From positions 11,153 through 75,152 of the forward strand of contig JASEFS010000005.1 of assembly GCA_030018495.1 (NCBI GenBank): DNA of 64,000 bases. The letters run 5' to 3'. Each line of letters begins with the position of its first letter. Positions within the stretch are counted from its first letter, which is position 1. The translations under genes were made by a program, and so were the position numbers. The notes under the pieces are model-generated. The model did no database searches, was not told the origin of the DNA, and was given only the letters and a program-made list of their open reading frames with translations. The stretch is from Deltaproteobacteria bacterium. Lineage in GTDB: Bacteria > Desulfobacterota > Desulfobaccia > Desulfobaccales > 0-14-0-80-60-11. Positions 8,264 to 18,200 of this stretch are shown here, in pieces.

Positions 8264-8872
8264 ATGGGGCGGGGGTTTTTCATCGTCCTGGAAGGGATAG
8301 ACGGGACCGGCAAAACCACCCAGGCCGGCCTTCTGGCTGAGGCCTTGCGGACCCGAGGCCACCAGGTGGTGTTGACCCGGGAGCCTTCGGACGGGCCTGC
8401 TGGCGAAAAAATCAGGAACTATCTCAAGGGACCCATTAGGTATTTGACCGCCGATCAAGAGCTGGCGTTATTTATGGCTGACCGGCGGGAGCACGTGGAT
8501 GCCGTTATCCGGCCGGCCTTGGAGCAGGGGCGGGTCGTTATAAGCGACCGGTATTATTTTTCTTCCGCGGCCTACCAGGGGGCCCTGGGGCTGGACCCGC
8601 AATGGATAATGGCGGAGCACGAGAAGTTTAAGGCGCCGCGGCCTGATTTGGTATTTTTTTTCAGCCTCCCCCCCACAATGGCTCTGGCCCGGCAGGGGAA
8701 CAAGGCAAGGCAGGTGAGCGAATCGCCGGCATATTTGGAGAAAGTGGCGGCTATTTACCGGACTTTTCAGGCGCCGCATATGCATCACCTGGATGCGGCC
8801 GAAGCGCCGCGGGAAATTCATGATAAGATATTGACGATTACTCTGAAGGCCTTGCAGGAATCAGGAAATTAG
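8264..8872 (+). CDS. tmk: Thymidylate kinase
   Basis: FIVLEGIDGTGKTTQ is the P-loop, with DRY and lid-region patterns also present. The start at the internal ATG 8264 avoids overlap with the upstream stop. Confidence 0.88.
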   Translation: MGRGFFIVLEGIDGTGKTTQAGLLAEALRTRGHQVVLTREPSDGPAGEKIRNYLKGPIRYLTADQELALFMADRREHVDAVIRPALEQGRVVISDRYYFSSAAYQGALGLDPQWIMAEHEKFKAPRPDLVFFFSLPPTMALARQGNKARQVSESPAYLEKVAAIYRTFQAPHMHHLDAAEAPREIHDKILTITLKALQESGN

Positions 8873-8883
8873 TGGAGGGCATT

Positions 8884-9153
8884 ATGAGCATGTGGTTTTT
8901 CGACGAAGCCGGTGAGATGGAAGAATACAAGAGCGTCAAGAAAAAGTTCAGCAGCCTGGAGAAAGAATATCTGGAACTTCGGGTGATGTTGAAAAATAGC
9001 CAGGAGGCCCTCAGGGAAGATCCCCGGAGTGAGCGCTCTCAAGCCCGGGTAAGGCACCTGGAAAAACGTATCAGAAACCTGGAGGAGCAATACCCCTGGC
9101 TCACCTGGGAAACGCCCGTCGAGGTAGCCCTATTCACTCCGCCGCATGGCTGA
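8884..9153 (+). CDS. Small hypothetical coiled-coil protein
   Basis: GGAGGG precedes the ATG at 8884. The sequence is charged and heptad-like (KKKFSSLEKEYLELRVMLKNSQEALRE). I recognise no family. Confidence 0.45.
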   Translation: MSMWFFDEAGEMEEYKSVKKKFSSLEKEYLELRVMLKNSQEALREDPRSERSQARVRHLEKRIRNLEEQYPWLTWETPVEVALFTPPHG

Positions 9154-9258
9154 GGCTGTCGTTAAAGGCCGCTGAGGCTATGGGCTTGGCAGCTAGGTCG
9201 GCGTGGCTCATGCCGTGATGCGCCGGAAGATTCTCGCCTGGGATTCAGTCTGAAGCGC

Positions 9259-9287
9259 TTGACAAACATGAGGCGGAGGGTTAAATA
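9259..9287 (+). promoter_or_regulatory. Sigma-70-type promoter candidate for the tRNA-Lys/tRNA-Glu unit
   Basis: TTGACA (9259-9264), a 17-nt spacer, then TAAATA (9282-9287). The -10 element ends 10 nt before the mature tRNA 5' end. Confidence 0.5.
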
Positions 9288-9297
9288 ATAGCGATTC

Positions 9298-9373
9298 GGG
9301 CCGTTAACTCAGTCGGTAGAGTATCTGCCTTTTAAGCAGAGAGTCGTTGGTTCGAATCCAACACGGCCCACCA
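9298..9373 (+). tRNA. tRNA-Lys (anticodon UUU)
   Basis: Manual cloverleaf: acceptor GGGCCGT/ACGGCCC, anticodon stem TCTGC/GCAGA, loop CTTTTAA, T-arm GTTGG-TTCGAAT-CCAAC, encoded CCA. Confidence 0.93.
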
Positions 9374-9383
9374 CTAAAAAGAC

Positions 9384-9461
9384 GTCCCCATCGTCTAGCC
9401 TGGTCCAGGACACCGGCCTTTCACGCCGGCAACACCGGTTCAAATCCGGTTGGGGACGCCA
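9384..9461 (+). tRNA. tRNA-Glu (anticodon UUC)
   Basis: Acceptor GTCCCCA/TGGGGAC, anticodon stem CCGGC/GCCGG with loop CTTTCAC, T-loop TTCAAAT, encoded CCA. Confidence 0.93.
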
Positions 9462-9470
9462 CGATATTGC

Positions 9471-9499
9471 AACCTCTTGAATTTTCAAGAGGTTTTTTT
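9471..9499 (+). terminator. Rho-independent terminator after tRNA-Glu
   Basis: AACCTCTTGA-ATTT-TCAAGAGGTT (10-bp perfect stem) runs into a T tract. Confidence 0.85.
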
Positions 9500-9578
9500 C
9501 TTTGGCGCTTCCTCTGGCTTTAGGCTGGAATTCCTTTTCAGAATTTGATGATGATGGTTTCGGGACACTATTCGCAGG

Positions 9579-9608
9579 TTGACATGCTAGGTTTATGGTG
9601 TGTATAAT
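9579..9608 (+). promoter_or_regulatory. Near-consensus sigma-70 promoter of hicAB
   Basis: TTGACA (9579-9584), an 18-nt spacer, then TATAAT (9603-9608). The hicA ATG begins at 9614. Confidence 0.65.
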
Positions 9609-9613
9609 TACAC

Positions 9614-9802
9614 ATGGACAGTCGGGAAATCATCCGTCGCTTGGAGGCGGACGGCTGGTATCCGGTGGGGCAACGCGGCTCTCATGTGCAATTCAAGCAT
9701 CCGTCGAAGCCTGGTCGGGTGACGGTTCCCCACCCGGAAAAGGATATTCCCGCCAAGACGCTTAAGAGCATTGAACGGCAGTCGGGCGTCAGGTTCAGAT
9801 AG
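9614..9802 (+). CDS. hicA: HicA mRNA-interferase toxin (type II TA)
   Basis: 62 aa. EIIRRLEADGW...QRGSHVQFKHP...VTVPHP...DIPAKTLKSI is the classic HicA pattern. Confidence 0.9.
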   Translation: MDSREIIRRLEADGWYPVGQRGSHVQFKHPSKPGRVTVPHPEKDIPAKTLKSIERQSGVRFR

Positions 9803-9811
9803 GAGGAGGAC

Positions 9812-10228
9812 ATGCCCAATTACATCGCCGTAGTCCACAAGGAACCTGCCAGCGATTACGGGGTGTCGTTCCCCGACTTCCCCGGTTGCATCACCGCTGG
9901 TAAGACCATCGACGAGGCCAAGGACCTGGCCTATGAGGCGCTGCTCCTTCATGTGGAGGGCCTGTGGGAAGATGGGGAACAACTGCCTGCCCCCTCGAAT
10001 CTGGAAGACATTATCGCCGATCCCGAGAATGCCGATGCCGTGGCCTTTCTGGTGGTTTCAGTGCCCGATGGCCAGGGGAAGGCGAAGAGAATCAATATTA
10101 CCATGCCTGAGGAGACCCTGCGCCGGGTGGACGCGGCGGCGAAACGCCGGGGCTTGAGTCGTTCTTCTTTTCTTACCCGAGCCGCCCAGAAAGTCATAGA
10201 ACAGGAAGGCCGCAATCCCGCGGCTTAA
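9812..10228 (+). CDS. hicB: HicB antitoxin with C-terminal ribbon-helix-helix domain
   Basis: YIAVVHKEPASDYGVSFPDFPGCITAGKTIDEA is the HicB RNase-H-like fold. The C-terminal KRINITMPEETLRRVD...GLSRSSFL is a CopG/RHH motif. Confidence 0.9.
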   Translation: MPNYIAVVHKEPASDYGVSFPDFPGCITAGKTIDEAKDLAYEALLLHVEGLWEDGEQLPAPSNLEDIIADPENADAVAFLVVSVPDGQGKAKRINITMPEETLRRVDAAAKRRGLSRSSFLTRAAQKVIEQEGRNPAA

Positions 10229-10661
10229 AGCTACCCCAAAAATGCGTTCGCCAAGGGGGGAGGGATACTTGCTTTATCCAGCGCGGTAAGGCAAAAGGTT
10301 CGAAAATCTTCTATGAAGGTACGCCAACTCAACCTCTTCTTTTTCTTCAAGATTTATCTATCTGGCCTAGTTGTCCCTGTTCAGGCCAATCCTGGGCGGG
10401 GATTTTTTCTTTTCTGCGCGGCCTCGTATTCTACCGGGGCGCCCCTCTCCAATAAAGCGGCTTCACCGGAACTGCCGGCAACTTTCTCGAAAACAGAGCC
10501 ATTGTCCCGGCCTTTATGAACAAGCGGGAAAAGGTCCATCCGGCGACGGACCCGGCCTCCAAATAATTACCCCAAAGGGATTGAAGACGTAAGGAAATGA
10601 TGGTATAAGATGAGCCTCTTGTTTTCGTCCTAATTCATTGCACCAGGAAAGAGGAAGTCAA

Positions 10662-10982
10662 ATGGCTCAAGTTATTGATTTTGAAGAGCGAAAAAGAAAA
10701 ATTAAGCAGGCACGAGAAGCAGAGATAAGGAAAAAACATATTCCAGCTCCGGATTTTCAGGAGTTTGTTATACATATGCTTAAAAAAATCAATGACCAGG
10801 CAAGTTTCGCTGTGAGCTATATATTGGAGCATTGTATCAGCCATAGAGTTGTAGACGAAACTGTAATAAAAATTCTACAGGAAAAAGGCGAGCCGGTTGA
10901 GGAAAGCCGATTATACGACCTACTGATGGAAAGGCTGAGAAAAGATTTATCTTTGAATGAATGGAGGCTTTTGAGGAAGTAG
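10662..10982 (+). CDS. Hypothetical protein in a locally AT-rich patch
   Basis: The ATG at 10662 follows AGGAAAGAGGAAG. The region is visibly more AT-rich than its surroundings. I recognise no motif. Confidence 0.4.
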   Translation: MAQVIDFEERKRKIKQAREAEIRKKHIPAPDFQEFVIHMLKKINDQASFAVSYILEHCISHRVVDETVIKILQEKGEPVEESRLYDLLMERLRKDLSLNEWRLLRK

Positions 10983-11263
10983 ATTAGACGCTTTGAAGCC
11001 GAGTTCCCAAAACAGGGCCTTATTTTGCCAAGGCCAAGAGAACCGGAAGCAATATCGCCTGCGAATTTTTACAATCATCAAATCAAATCCTGGCGTGAGA
11101 CGCCGAATTCACGTTAAGCGACCTAAAGCCGGTTAATCAGCAAAATTCGTTCGCCGCGGCCTTCCGCGGCCGGAAGGCCTCCTCCTTTTCCCGATCATGC
11201 TCTACAAGTCTCTTCAGGACATGGGATTTGGCCCGCCGCGGCCATTAAGGTAAATCAGCCCCC

Positions 11264-11617
11264 TTATTGGTCACCGATAAGGGCGTCATAGTAATCGTAA
11301 ACCTCCTGGCGCCAGCCTGGATCTGAGAAGTCCGGCCAGTTGTCCCGGTCGAAACTTCTCACATCCTGCAAGCTCTCCTTCGGCACATTGAGGATAAAAG
11401 TCTTATCCTTGTCGGAGGGTGAAAGCCTATCCCAGGGGACCGCGAAAAGTTTTCCTCCCATTCCCAGCACGCCGCCGGAGCTAAGCACGGCATAAGCGAC
11501 GCACCCGTCAACATCGATCATTATATCTTCGATGCTGCCGAGATTGTCTCCCGCCGGGTTTTCCACATTAAAATCCATGATGGTTGAAGCTGACAAGGTT
11601 TTCCTTGAGTGGCGCAT
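11264..11617 (-). CDS. PRC-barrel domain protein
   Basis: 117 aa. LSASTIMDFNVENPAGDNLGSIEDIMIDVDGCVAYAVLS...GGKLFAVPW matches the PRC-barrel pattern. Confidence 0.75.
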   Translation of the reverse strand: MRHSRKTLSASTIMDFNVENPAGDNLGSIEDIMIDVDGCVAYAVLSSGGVLGMGGKLFAVPWDRLSPSDKDKTFILNVPKESLQDVRSFDRDNWPDFSDPGWRQEVYDYYDALIGDQ

Positions 11618-11748
11618 AGCATTCTCCTTTGACTTGATTAATGCTTAAATAATCGGGGCGGCGCCGGATGCAAGTCTTCCCCTTGATTTCATCAGGTAAA
11701 AAGCGGTCTTATCTATAAGCGGAGACATGCCGCCCAAGCCCTTATGCA

Positions 11749-13524
11749 ATGCCCCGTCTCCAAGAGATCAGATCTGCCAGTGCCTCCGGTGGCGGGACCA
11801 AGCCGGGGCGAAAAGCCTCCTCAAACTGCTTGCCCAAATCAATTCTGGTCTGCTATGATTCCAGGAGCCTAACTCATCCCTGGATAAAGACCGTGAAGAA
11901 AAAGAAAGTTACCCCGGAAAACGCGAGGCCCCGGCGATTCAGGCAATACGAGGCGCTGATCTTTATCACCGGTGCGGCAACCCTGTCGCTGGAGGTGCTG
12001 GCTTCGAGGATTATGACCCCTTATTTTGGCGTAAGTCTCTATATCTGGGCCGGCATCCTCTCCATCACCCTGATTTTTTTAGCGCTGGGCTATCAGTTGG
12101 GCGGGCAGGTTTCCCAACGGCGGGACAAGAGCGCCTTGCAGCTGACCTTGCTTGCCGCCCCTTTGTGGGCCGCGCTGTCCATTGTGTTGGCTGCGGCAGT
12201 TTACCCGATCGTATTTCCTTTTCTGGCCACCATAAATCTGATTATTGCCAGTTTCCTGGGCGGCACCATTCTACTGGCGCTGCCGCTGGTGGTTTTATCG
12301 GCCATGAACCCTTTGCTCATCGCGCTGGCCAGGGATGCCAGCCCGACAGGCGACGGCGGCGCGGGCAAGATTTTTTTTATAAGCACGGTGGGATCAGTGG
12401 CGGGGGTACTGCTTACCGCTTTCCTGGTGATTCCCTATCTGACCAACTTTCGCGCCTTGTTGTGGATGAGTCTGGGGTTGGGGTTAATAGTTGGCGTGCT
12501 GTCATCCCTCAATCAGGAGATTGCCGGAAGCCGTAAAAAGCGCCTGATTTGCGGTTGTCTGGTTATAGTCTTGTTGAGCGGCGGTTTACTGGCAGGGCAG
12601 CGCACTTACTTCAGATATCTCGCCGGCCTCAGCGACATCGGCAAAAATCTTGAGTTACTGGCGGAATACACCTCGGTTTTCGGCAATATTAAAGTCCTGG
12701 CGGTGCATCCGGAGGTGGAAGGCATAAAACCCGCACGCGCTTACTTGCAGGACGGCATTATTCAAAATATGGTGACCTCAGATGGCATAGTGGTGGATCA
12801 CACCGCTTTTATAGTGCGGTTAATCGAAGCCTATGCTCCAGGGGCGCAAAACTCGCTGGTTCTGGGAATGGCAGCCAGCATGATACCGCGCAATCTCCAG
12901 CGTAAAGGGCATAAAGTTACAGCGGTGGAGATTAATCCCGACTCATTGCGCGCGGCTACGGAGTTTTTTGACTTCGATCCGCAGGGAATTGAAGTATATC
13001 TGGAAGACGCCCGGACCTTCGTGCGCCGCCACAAAAAGGCCTACGACCTTATAGTTGTGGATCTCTTCCAGGGTGATTGCACCCCGGACTACCTGATGAC
13101 CGTCGAGTTTTTCGGGGAAGTGCACGCCTGTTTGCGGACCGGCGGCGTGGTGATCATCAACACCTATTTTGATCCGAACAATGAGACGGTCAACGAAACC
13201 ATTCTGGCAACAGTCAGCGCGGCTTTCCCTTATGTCTTGGAATTGCGCTCACCCTCTTCTGAGGGTCTGGTAAGCAGCGCCTGCATGGTGGCGGCGGATT
13301 TCCCGCTGTCTCCCGAGGTGGCGATAAAACTGGCCGACAGCCAGCCGATGCCGCCGAAAGACTATAAAACTTTGAAAGCTGCCAGGCTGGTTAACCGGGA
13401 GATGCTAAAAGACGTGAAGCCGGTGAGCGACGACCACAATATTTTTTCCATCCTGTCCGCGGCCAGCCAGATTCGCTACCGCAGCCAATTCAACAAACTG
13501 CCGCCCAACCTGCTGGTTAATTAA
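11749..13524 (+). CDS. Fused polytopic membrane domain / spermidine-synthase-like SAM methyltransferase-fold protein
   Basis: The N-terminal part contains about 7 hydrophobic helices (ALIFITGAATLSLEVLASRIMTPYFG...). The C-terminus has LVLGMAASMIPRNL...VTAVEINP...YDLIVVDLFQGD. The start is uncertain; an in-frame GTG at 11893 is an alternative. Confidence 0.7.
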   Translation: MPRLQEIRSASASGGGTKPGRKASSNCLPKSILVCYDSRSLTHPWIKTVKKKKVTPENARPRRFRQYEALIFITGAATLSLEVLASRIMTPYFGVSLYIWAGILSITLIFLALGYQLGGQVSQRRDKSALQLTLLAAPLWAALSIVLAAAVYPIVFPFLATINLIIASFLGGTILLALPLVVLSAMNPLLIALARDASPTGDGGAGKIFFISTVGSVAGVLLTAFLVIPYLTNFRALLWMSLGLGLIVGVLSSLNQEIAGSRKKRLICGCLVIVLLSGGLLAGQRTYFRYLAGLSDIGKNLELLAEYTSVFGNIKVLAVHPEVEGIKPARAYLQDGIIQNMVTSDGIVVDHTAFIVRLIEAYAPGAQNSLVLGMAASMIPRNLQRKGHKVTAVEINPDSLRAATEFFDFDPQGIEVYLEDARTFVRRHKKAYDLIVVDLFQGDCTPDYLMTVEFFGEVHACLRTGGVVIINTYFDPNNETVNETILATVSAAFPYVLELRSPSSEGLVSSACMVAADFPLSPEVAIKLADSQPMPPKDYKTLKAARLVNREMLKDVKPVSDDHNIFSILSAASQIRYRSQFNKLPPNLLVN

Positions 13525-13749
13525 TTTACCCACGCATTTTGAATCAACTTTCCGTGACGCCCATCCGCTTTTGCCAGCCCGTGCGGCAAGTTCTGAAGCT
13601 GCCATGAAAAGGATTGGCGAACAGGTGTACTCACCTGCGCCATTTTAATGACAAGGCGGGATGCGCTTCGCTTTCCCGCCTTACGAATTCAGGATTTATG
13701 CCAAGTTGCCCTCCTAAATCCCAATTCACATCTTGTCGCCGAGGTTCCG

Positions 13750-14655
13750 TCAGGTATTCGGGTTGACGTCCGTCATGCGGCTGATGACGGAGTCCCGGGG
13801 AACGCTACATATGGCGGAGACCTGCTTCGGATCAAATCCCAGACAAAGGGCGAGGAGCTGGTTGTAATCAAAGACCGGGATTCTATATCGCTCTTCGCCA
13901 ATCTGCTCATTAAGGGTATTCTGAACCCGCTCCATGTGCATCAGGCAGGTAATGCAGGAGACCGCGATGAAATCGGCCTTGGTTTCAGCAAGTATGGCAT
14001 CGAACTTGGCTTTGGCGAATGCGACAGCCTGCTCCGGAGTGCTTTTCATGAAGCCGCCGGCGCCGCCGCAGCATTGCAGTTCACGGCTGTAGCCGTCCAC
14101 CGCGGCGCCCAGCGCCTCCACCAGCCGCCGCAAGCCCTGCGGCGCCCGGGGGGATTCTTCAAAGCCCACGACTTCGCTCGGGAACAGGGTATGGCAGGGA
14201 TATTGGACGACGCCATGGAGTCCCTTCAGACTTTTTTTGCGATGCGCGGCAATCTTCTCCGGGCCGATTTCCTTAAAGAGGACCTCCGACACGTGGCGCA
14301 CCCTGGATTTACCCGTGACCTGGCGGCCGGCGGGCTCCAGCAGTTCGTTGACGCGCGTCAGTTTTTCGGCATCATGCAGCAGATGCTCCCGACCCATGCA
14401 CAGGGAGCTGTAACAGGAGCCGCACTGGACGACGAAATCGCACCCCTTTTCCTCGGCAATGGAGAGGTTCCAGCCGCTGGTCGCCATCCAGGCCTCCTCA
14501 TCCGCGGACGGAAAGGAGCCGAAGGCCGGACAGCAGACGTAATTGTCGGCATCCACCAGCTCAATGCCAAGAACAGGCATGGACGCCCTTATGGCCCGCT
14601 CCACATCAGGCCGGATGGCAGGGGTGTTACAGCCCGGGAAGAAACATAATTGCAT
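13750..14655 (-). CDS. hdrB: Heterodisulfide reductase subunit B-like (two CCG domains)
   Basis: FFPGCN...YVCCPAFG and QYPCHTL...LQCCGGAGG are the CCG motifs. The start was chosen at the ATG after AAGGAAAAAGAG; the ORF track start is 14676. Confidence 0.85.
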   Translation of the reverse strand: MQLCFFPGCNTPAIRPDVERAIRASMPVLGIELVDADNYVCCPAFGSFPSADEEAWMATSGWNLSIAEEKGCDFVVQCGSCYSSLCMGREHLLHDAEKLTRVNELLEPAGRQVTGKSRVRHVSEVLFKEIGPEKIAAHRKKSLKGLHGVVQYPCHTLFPSEVVGFEESPRAPQGLRRLVEALGAAVDGYSRELQCCGGAGGFMKSTPEQAVAFAKAKFDAILAETKADFIAVSCITCLMHMERVQNTLNEQIGEERYRIPVFDYNQLLALCLGFDPKQVSAICSVPRDSVISRMTDVNPNT

Positions 14656-14699
14656 CTCTTTTTCCTTCATATGCAAGAAGACGGCTCAAGCAGCGGCCC

Positions 14700-15209
14700 T
14701 TATCCGCCGAACATGTAGTCGTTTTCGCTGACTATCCGGGTCTTCATGAGCATTGCACGGAACAGTTCCAGTTGCTCCGGGTTGTTGGTTATGGTGTTCA
14801 ATCGGGGCAAACCCAAAGACTCCCGCAGTTCCGTGTTCACGCCCACAGCCTGGGTATAACCCCGCTTGTAGATCTCGACGATGGCCGTGGGCACCCGGGT
14901 CTCATCGTTTCGGCACTGCCATTGCCGAATAAAGAGAATCATCTCAAAGGGCATGACATTCATGGGGCACATCTCTTCGCATCTTGAACAGGAGACGCAG
15001 GCCCATGGGGTGTCATCGTCGAGGAGTTCCTCCTCAAGTCCCAGGATCAGCTTGCGGGCCAGGTTTCTGACCAGAAGGGGCGGGTCTCCATGGGAGGCGG
15101 GACATCCGGATATGCAGGTGCTGCAGTTGAAACAATAGTGGAGATTGCCTGCACTGTAAACATCTTGCCACAGGTCTTTGACCGATACTTCTTGCAAGTC
15201 CATAGTCAC
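14700..15209 (-). CDS. hdrC: Heterodisulfide reductase subunit C-like (2x[4Fe-4S])
   Basis: CFNCSTCISGCP and CVSCSRCEEMCP are the cluster motifs. The gene lies immediately upstream of hdrB. Confidence 0.85.
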   Translation of the reverse strand: MTMDLQEVSVKDLWQDVYSAGNLHYCFNCSTCISGCPASHGDPPLLVRNLARKLILGLEEELLDDDTPWACVSCSRCEEMCPMNVMPFEMILFIRQWQCRNDETRVPTAIVEIYKRGYTQAVGVNTELRESLGLPRLNTITNNPEQLELFRAMLMKTRIVSENDYMFGG

Positions 15210-15218
15210 CGCCTCTTA

Positions 15219-18200
15219 TCACCCGGCCGACGCAAGCGGACGGTCCATAAGCTTGGCATCAATGGCGGCCATCAACTGCTTGTCGCCCCAGCCCCTGACC
15301 TCAGCCGCATTGTTCTGGCATTCAACCGCGCACAGGCCGCATGCCTGGCACGCGGCGGCATCAATATCAATACATTTGTCCGCCTCATTATAGGATCTGG
15401 CGCCGTACGGACAGATGTTGACGCATCTCCGGCAGCGCGCGCACAAGGCGTCTTTCACCATGGAAGTGACCGCGGCCGTGGGCAACTCCCTGCCGGACAA
15501 ATAAGTATAAGCCTTCTGGGCCGCGGCTTCGGCCTGCAGAAGCACATTCTTCAAAGGCATCGGCGAGTGGGCCGTACCAGCAAGATAAATTCCCACTTTC
15601 TGAAATTCGATGGGGCGCCATTTGGAATCCGCTTCGGCCAAAAAGCCGTCCTCGGTCAAGGAAAGATTTAAGGCATCGGCAAGCCCCTGGTTCGACTCTC
15701 CCGGGTCCACGCCCGTGGAAAGGACCAGCAGGTCCGCGGGCAGCTCCATCTCTTCTTTCAGGACCGGGTCCGTAAACTTGACGACCGGCCGGCCCTCCGC
15801 CATCTCCACCCGAGGCTTGGCATCCGGGCTGTAATTCACGAAGATAATCCCGGCTGCCCGCGCCTTCGTATAGTACTGCTCGTAAAAGCCGTAGGTCATG
15901 ACATCGCGGTAGAGAATAAAGACCCGGGCATCGGGATTTTTTTCTTTGATCTCCAGGGCATTGCCGATGGCCCCCAGGCAGCAGATGCGGCTGCAGTAAC
16001 GGCGCCCCTCCTTCTGCCGCGAGCCCGCACACTGAATCATCACGACATTTTCGACTTCACTGACGTCAACGTTGCCGTCGGTTAATCCTCTCTTCAATTC
16101 CGCCTGGGTCAGCACCTTCTCCGAGGTCCCGTAGCCGTATTCGGTAGTGGCTCCTTCGCGCCCGCCTGTGGCAATGATCATCGCGCCATGGTGTAAGTAC
16201 TTGTTTTCACCGTTATTTTTAAAACGCAACTGGGACTCAAAGCGGCCCAGGGTGCCGAGGCTTTTCTCAACTTCACAGTTCAGATGGACCGTTATGTGCT
16301 TGTGCGCGAGCACTTTCTGCCTCAAGTCCGCGGCCAGGGCCACCGGGGCCAGCCCGTCAATGGTATGTTCCACCCGGGTGCCGAGATAACCGCCCAGATG
16401 GCCTTCCTTTTCCACCAGATGCACCGGCACGCCCCGGTCGGCCAGGGACAGGGCGGCCGTCATGCCGCCGATACCGCCGCCGATCACCAGGGCGGTCTGA
16501 TTGATGGGCAAGGTGTTCACCTGCAGGGCCGGTTTATACTTGAGGCTGTGGATATCTGCCTTGATTTCCCCCGCCGCCCGCAAGGTCCAGTCCGCGGCGG
16601 AAGGTTCGGCCATGCCTCGCCGGGCTACTCCGAACAGATCAAATATCTCCACCATGGCGGAGTTGAACCCAGCCTTTCGGGCGACATCCTTCAGCTTCCG
16701 CCGGTATATGAAAGGCTGGCAGGCCCCGATCAGCAAACGGTTGCAGGCTGTTTTGGCGAGGCTGTCAAGCAGGGCCGCCTCTCCGTCCGCCTTGCAGATG
16801 GAATCTATGACCTGGACCGCGCCCACTGACGGGTAGCGCGTTAGTTCGGCGCGGAAAAGCTCATAATCAAGTCCGGCTGCACCTGTCTTTTCCCCGCATC
16901 TGCAGAGGGCCACCGCCACCAGGGGCAGTTCCCGGGCCTTAGAGGCCGGCTCGGGGATATCCTCCTTCTTAACGGTGTCAACGCCCAAGGCAGTCAGAAA
17001 TTTGGCTGCCTCCCCTGCCGCGGCAATGCCGCTGATTATGGCCTCGCTGATATCGGTGAGCCCCGTCAGGGAACCGCAGAGAAACAGGCCGGGTTTGCCG
17101 GCGACCCTCACCATGCCGGGCTGTTCTGTCGCAAGCAGGCCGCGCTCATCCAGCGGCGCCTTCAGCAAATCGGCCCATCTCCTGTGGGCCTCAAAAGGTA
17201 TCTGGCCTGTTGACAGTACCACCAGATCGAAATCCTTCTCAAAGAACTCATTAGTCTCGGGATCGTGATAACGCATCATAAGACTGCCGTCCGGCTTGAG
17301 CATAACCCCCTGCACCCGGCAGCGGATAAGCTTGACCCCATGCTCCTCGACGGCCTTGTCCCGGTACTGTTGAAAGCCTTTGCCGAACGTTCGCATATCC
17401 ATGTAAAAAATGGTGGCCTCAACTTCAGGTCCGCCTTTCTGTTTGGCCAGGACGGCCTCCTTGAGCGCGAACATGCAGCATATGGAGGAACAGTAGTCTC
17501 TATGCTGGCGCCTGTTCCGTGATCCCATGCATTGGATCCAGGCAATCTTTTTAGCCGGCCTGGCGTCGGACGGCCGCCTGATCGCGCCGCCCTGATACGT
17601 GCCGGAACTGCTCAGCACCCGCTCAAAGGCAAGGGAGGTGACCACATCCGGCGACACCGCGTAGGACCTGGCATCCTCGAAATCACGAGTATTATAGAGT
17701 TGCACCCCGGAAGCCAGGATGACGGCGTGAACCTCCCTGGTCTCCACTTCGTCCTGGGCATCCAGATTGATGGCACCGGTGGGACAGACCTTCAGGCATT
17801 CACCGCAGCGGGTGCAGGCCTGCTTGTCGATGAGCAGCATCCTCGGGTTATTGTGAGGCACCGCTTGGTAGACCGCCTTCCGCCTGGTCAGCCCGTGGTT
17901 GAACTCGTCCTCGACTTCGACGGGACAGACGTCGATGCACTTTCCCAATTCGTTGCAGATTGCCGGGTCGATGAAGCGGGCCCTCTTCCGCAGGTCCACC
18001 CGGTAATTCCCCCCGTTGCCCTGCACCGAGTCAATCCCTGTAAACGGCAGGATCTCGATGTTTTCATGGAACAGGCTTTTTCGCATGCAGTACTGCGAAG
18101 CATACTCGCGGCCCACCAGGGGCAGCATTCTGCACATGCCGCAATGGTCCGTCGGGAACTGGTAATCAAGTTTGGCCAGGATGCCCCCCATCTGCGGGGA

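Noticed and set aside
10398-10553. A 52-codon minus-strand ORF (MDLFPLVHKGRDNGSVFEKVAGSSGEAALLERGAPVEYEAAQKRKNPRPGLA) in the hicB-orphan spacer, possibly a gene fragment.
   Set aside because: I recognise no family, see no RBS, and it falls below any reasonable length threshold. I cannot support it without a similarity search.
10238-11155. A direct repeat AAAAT(G/T)CGTTCGCC at 10238-10252 and 11142-11155 flanking the AT-rich orphan ORF, possibly target-site or att duplications.
   Set aside because: It is only a 13/14 match found by eye. By rough estimate, a match of this length is not clearly beyond chance when all pairs in about 1 kb are considered. The tRNA-like sequence at 11083-11104 is the better boundary candidate.
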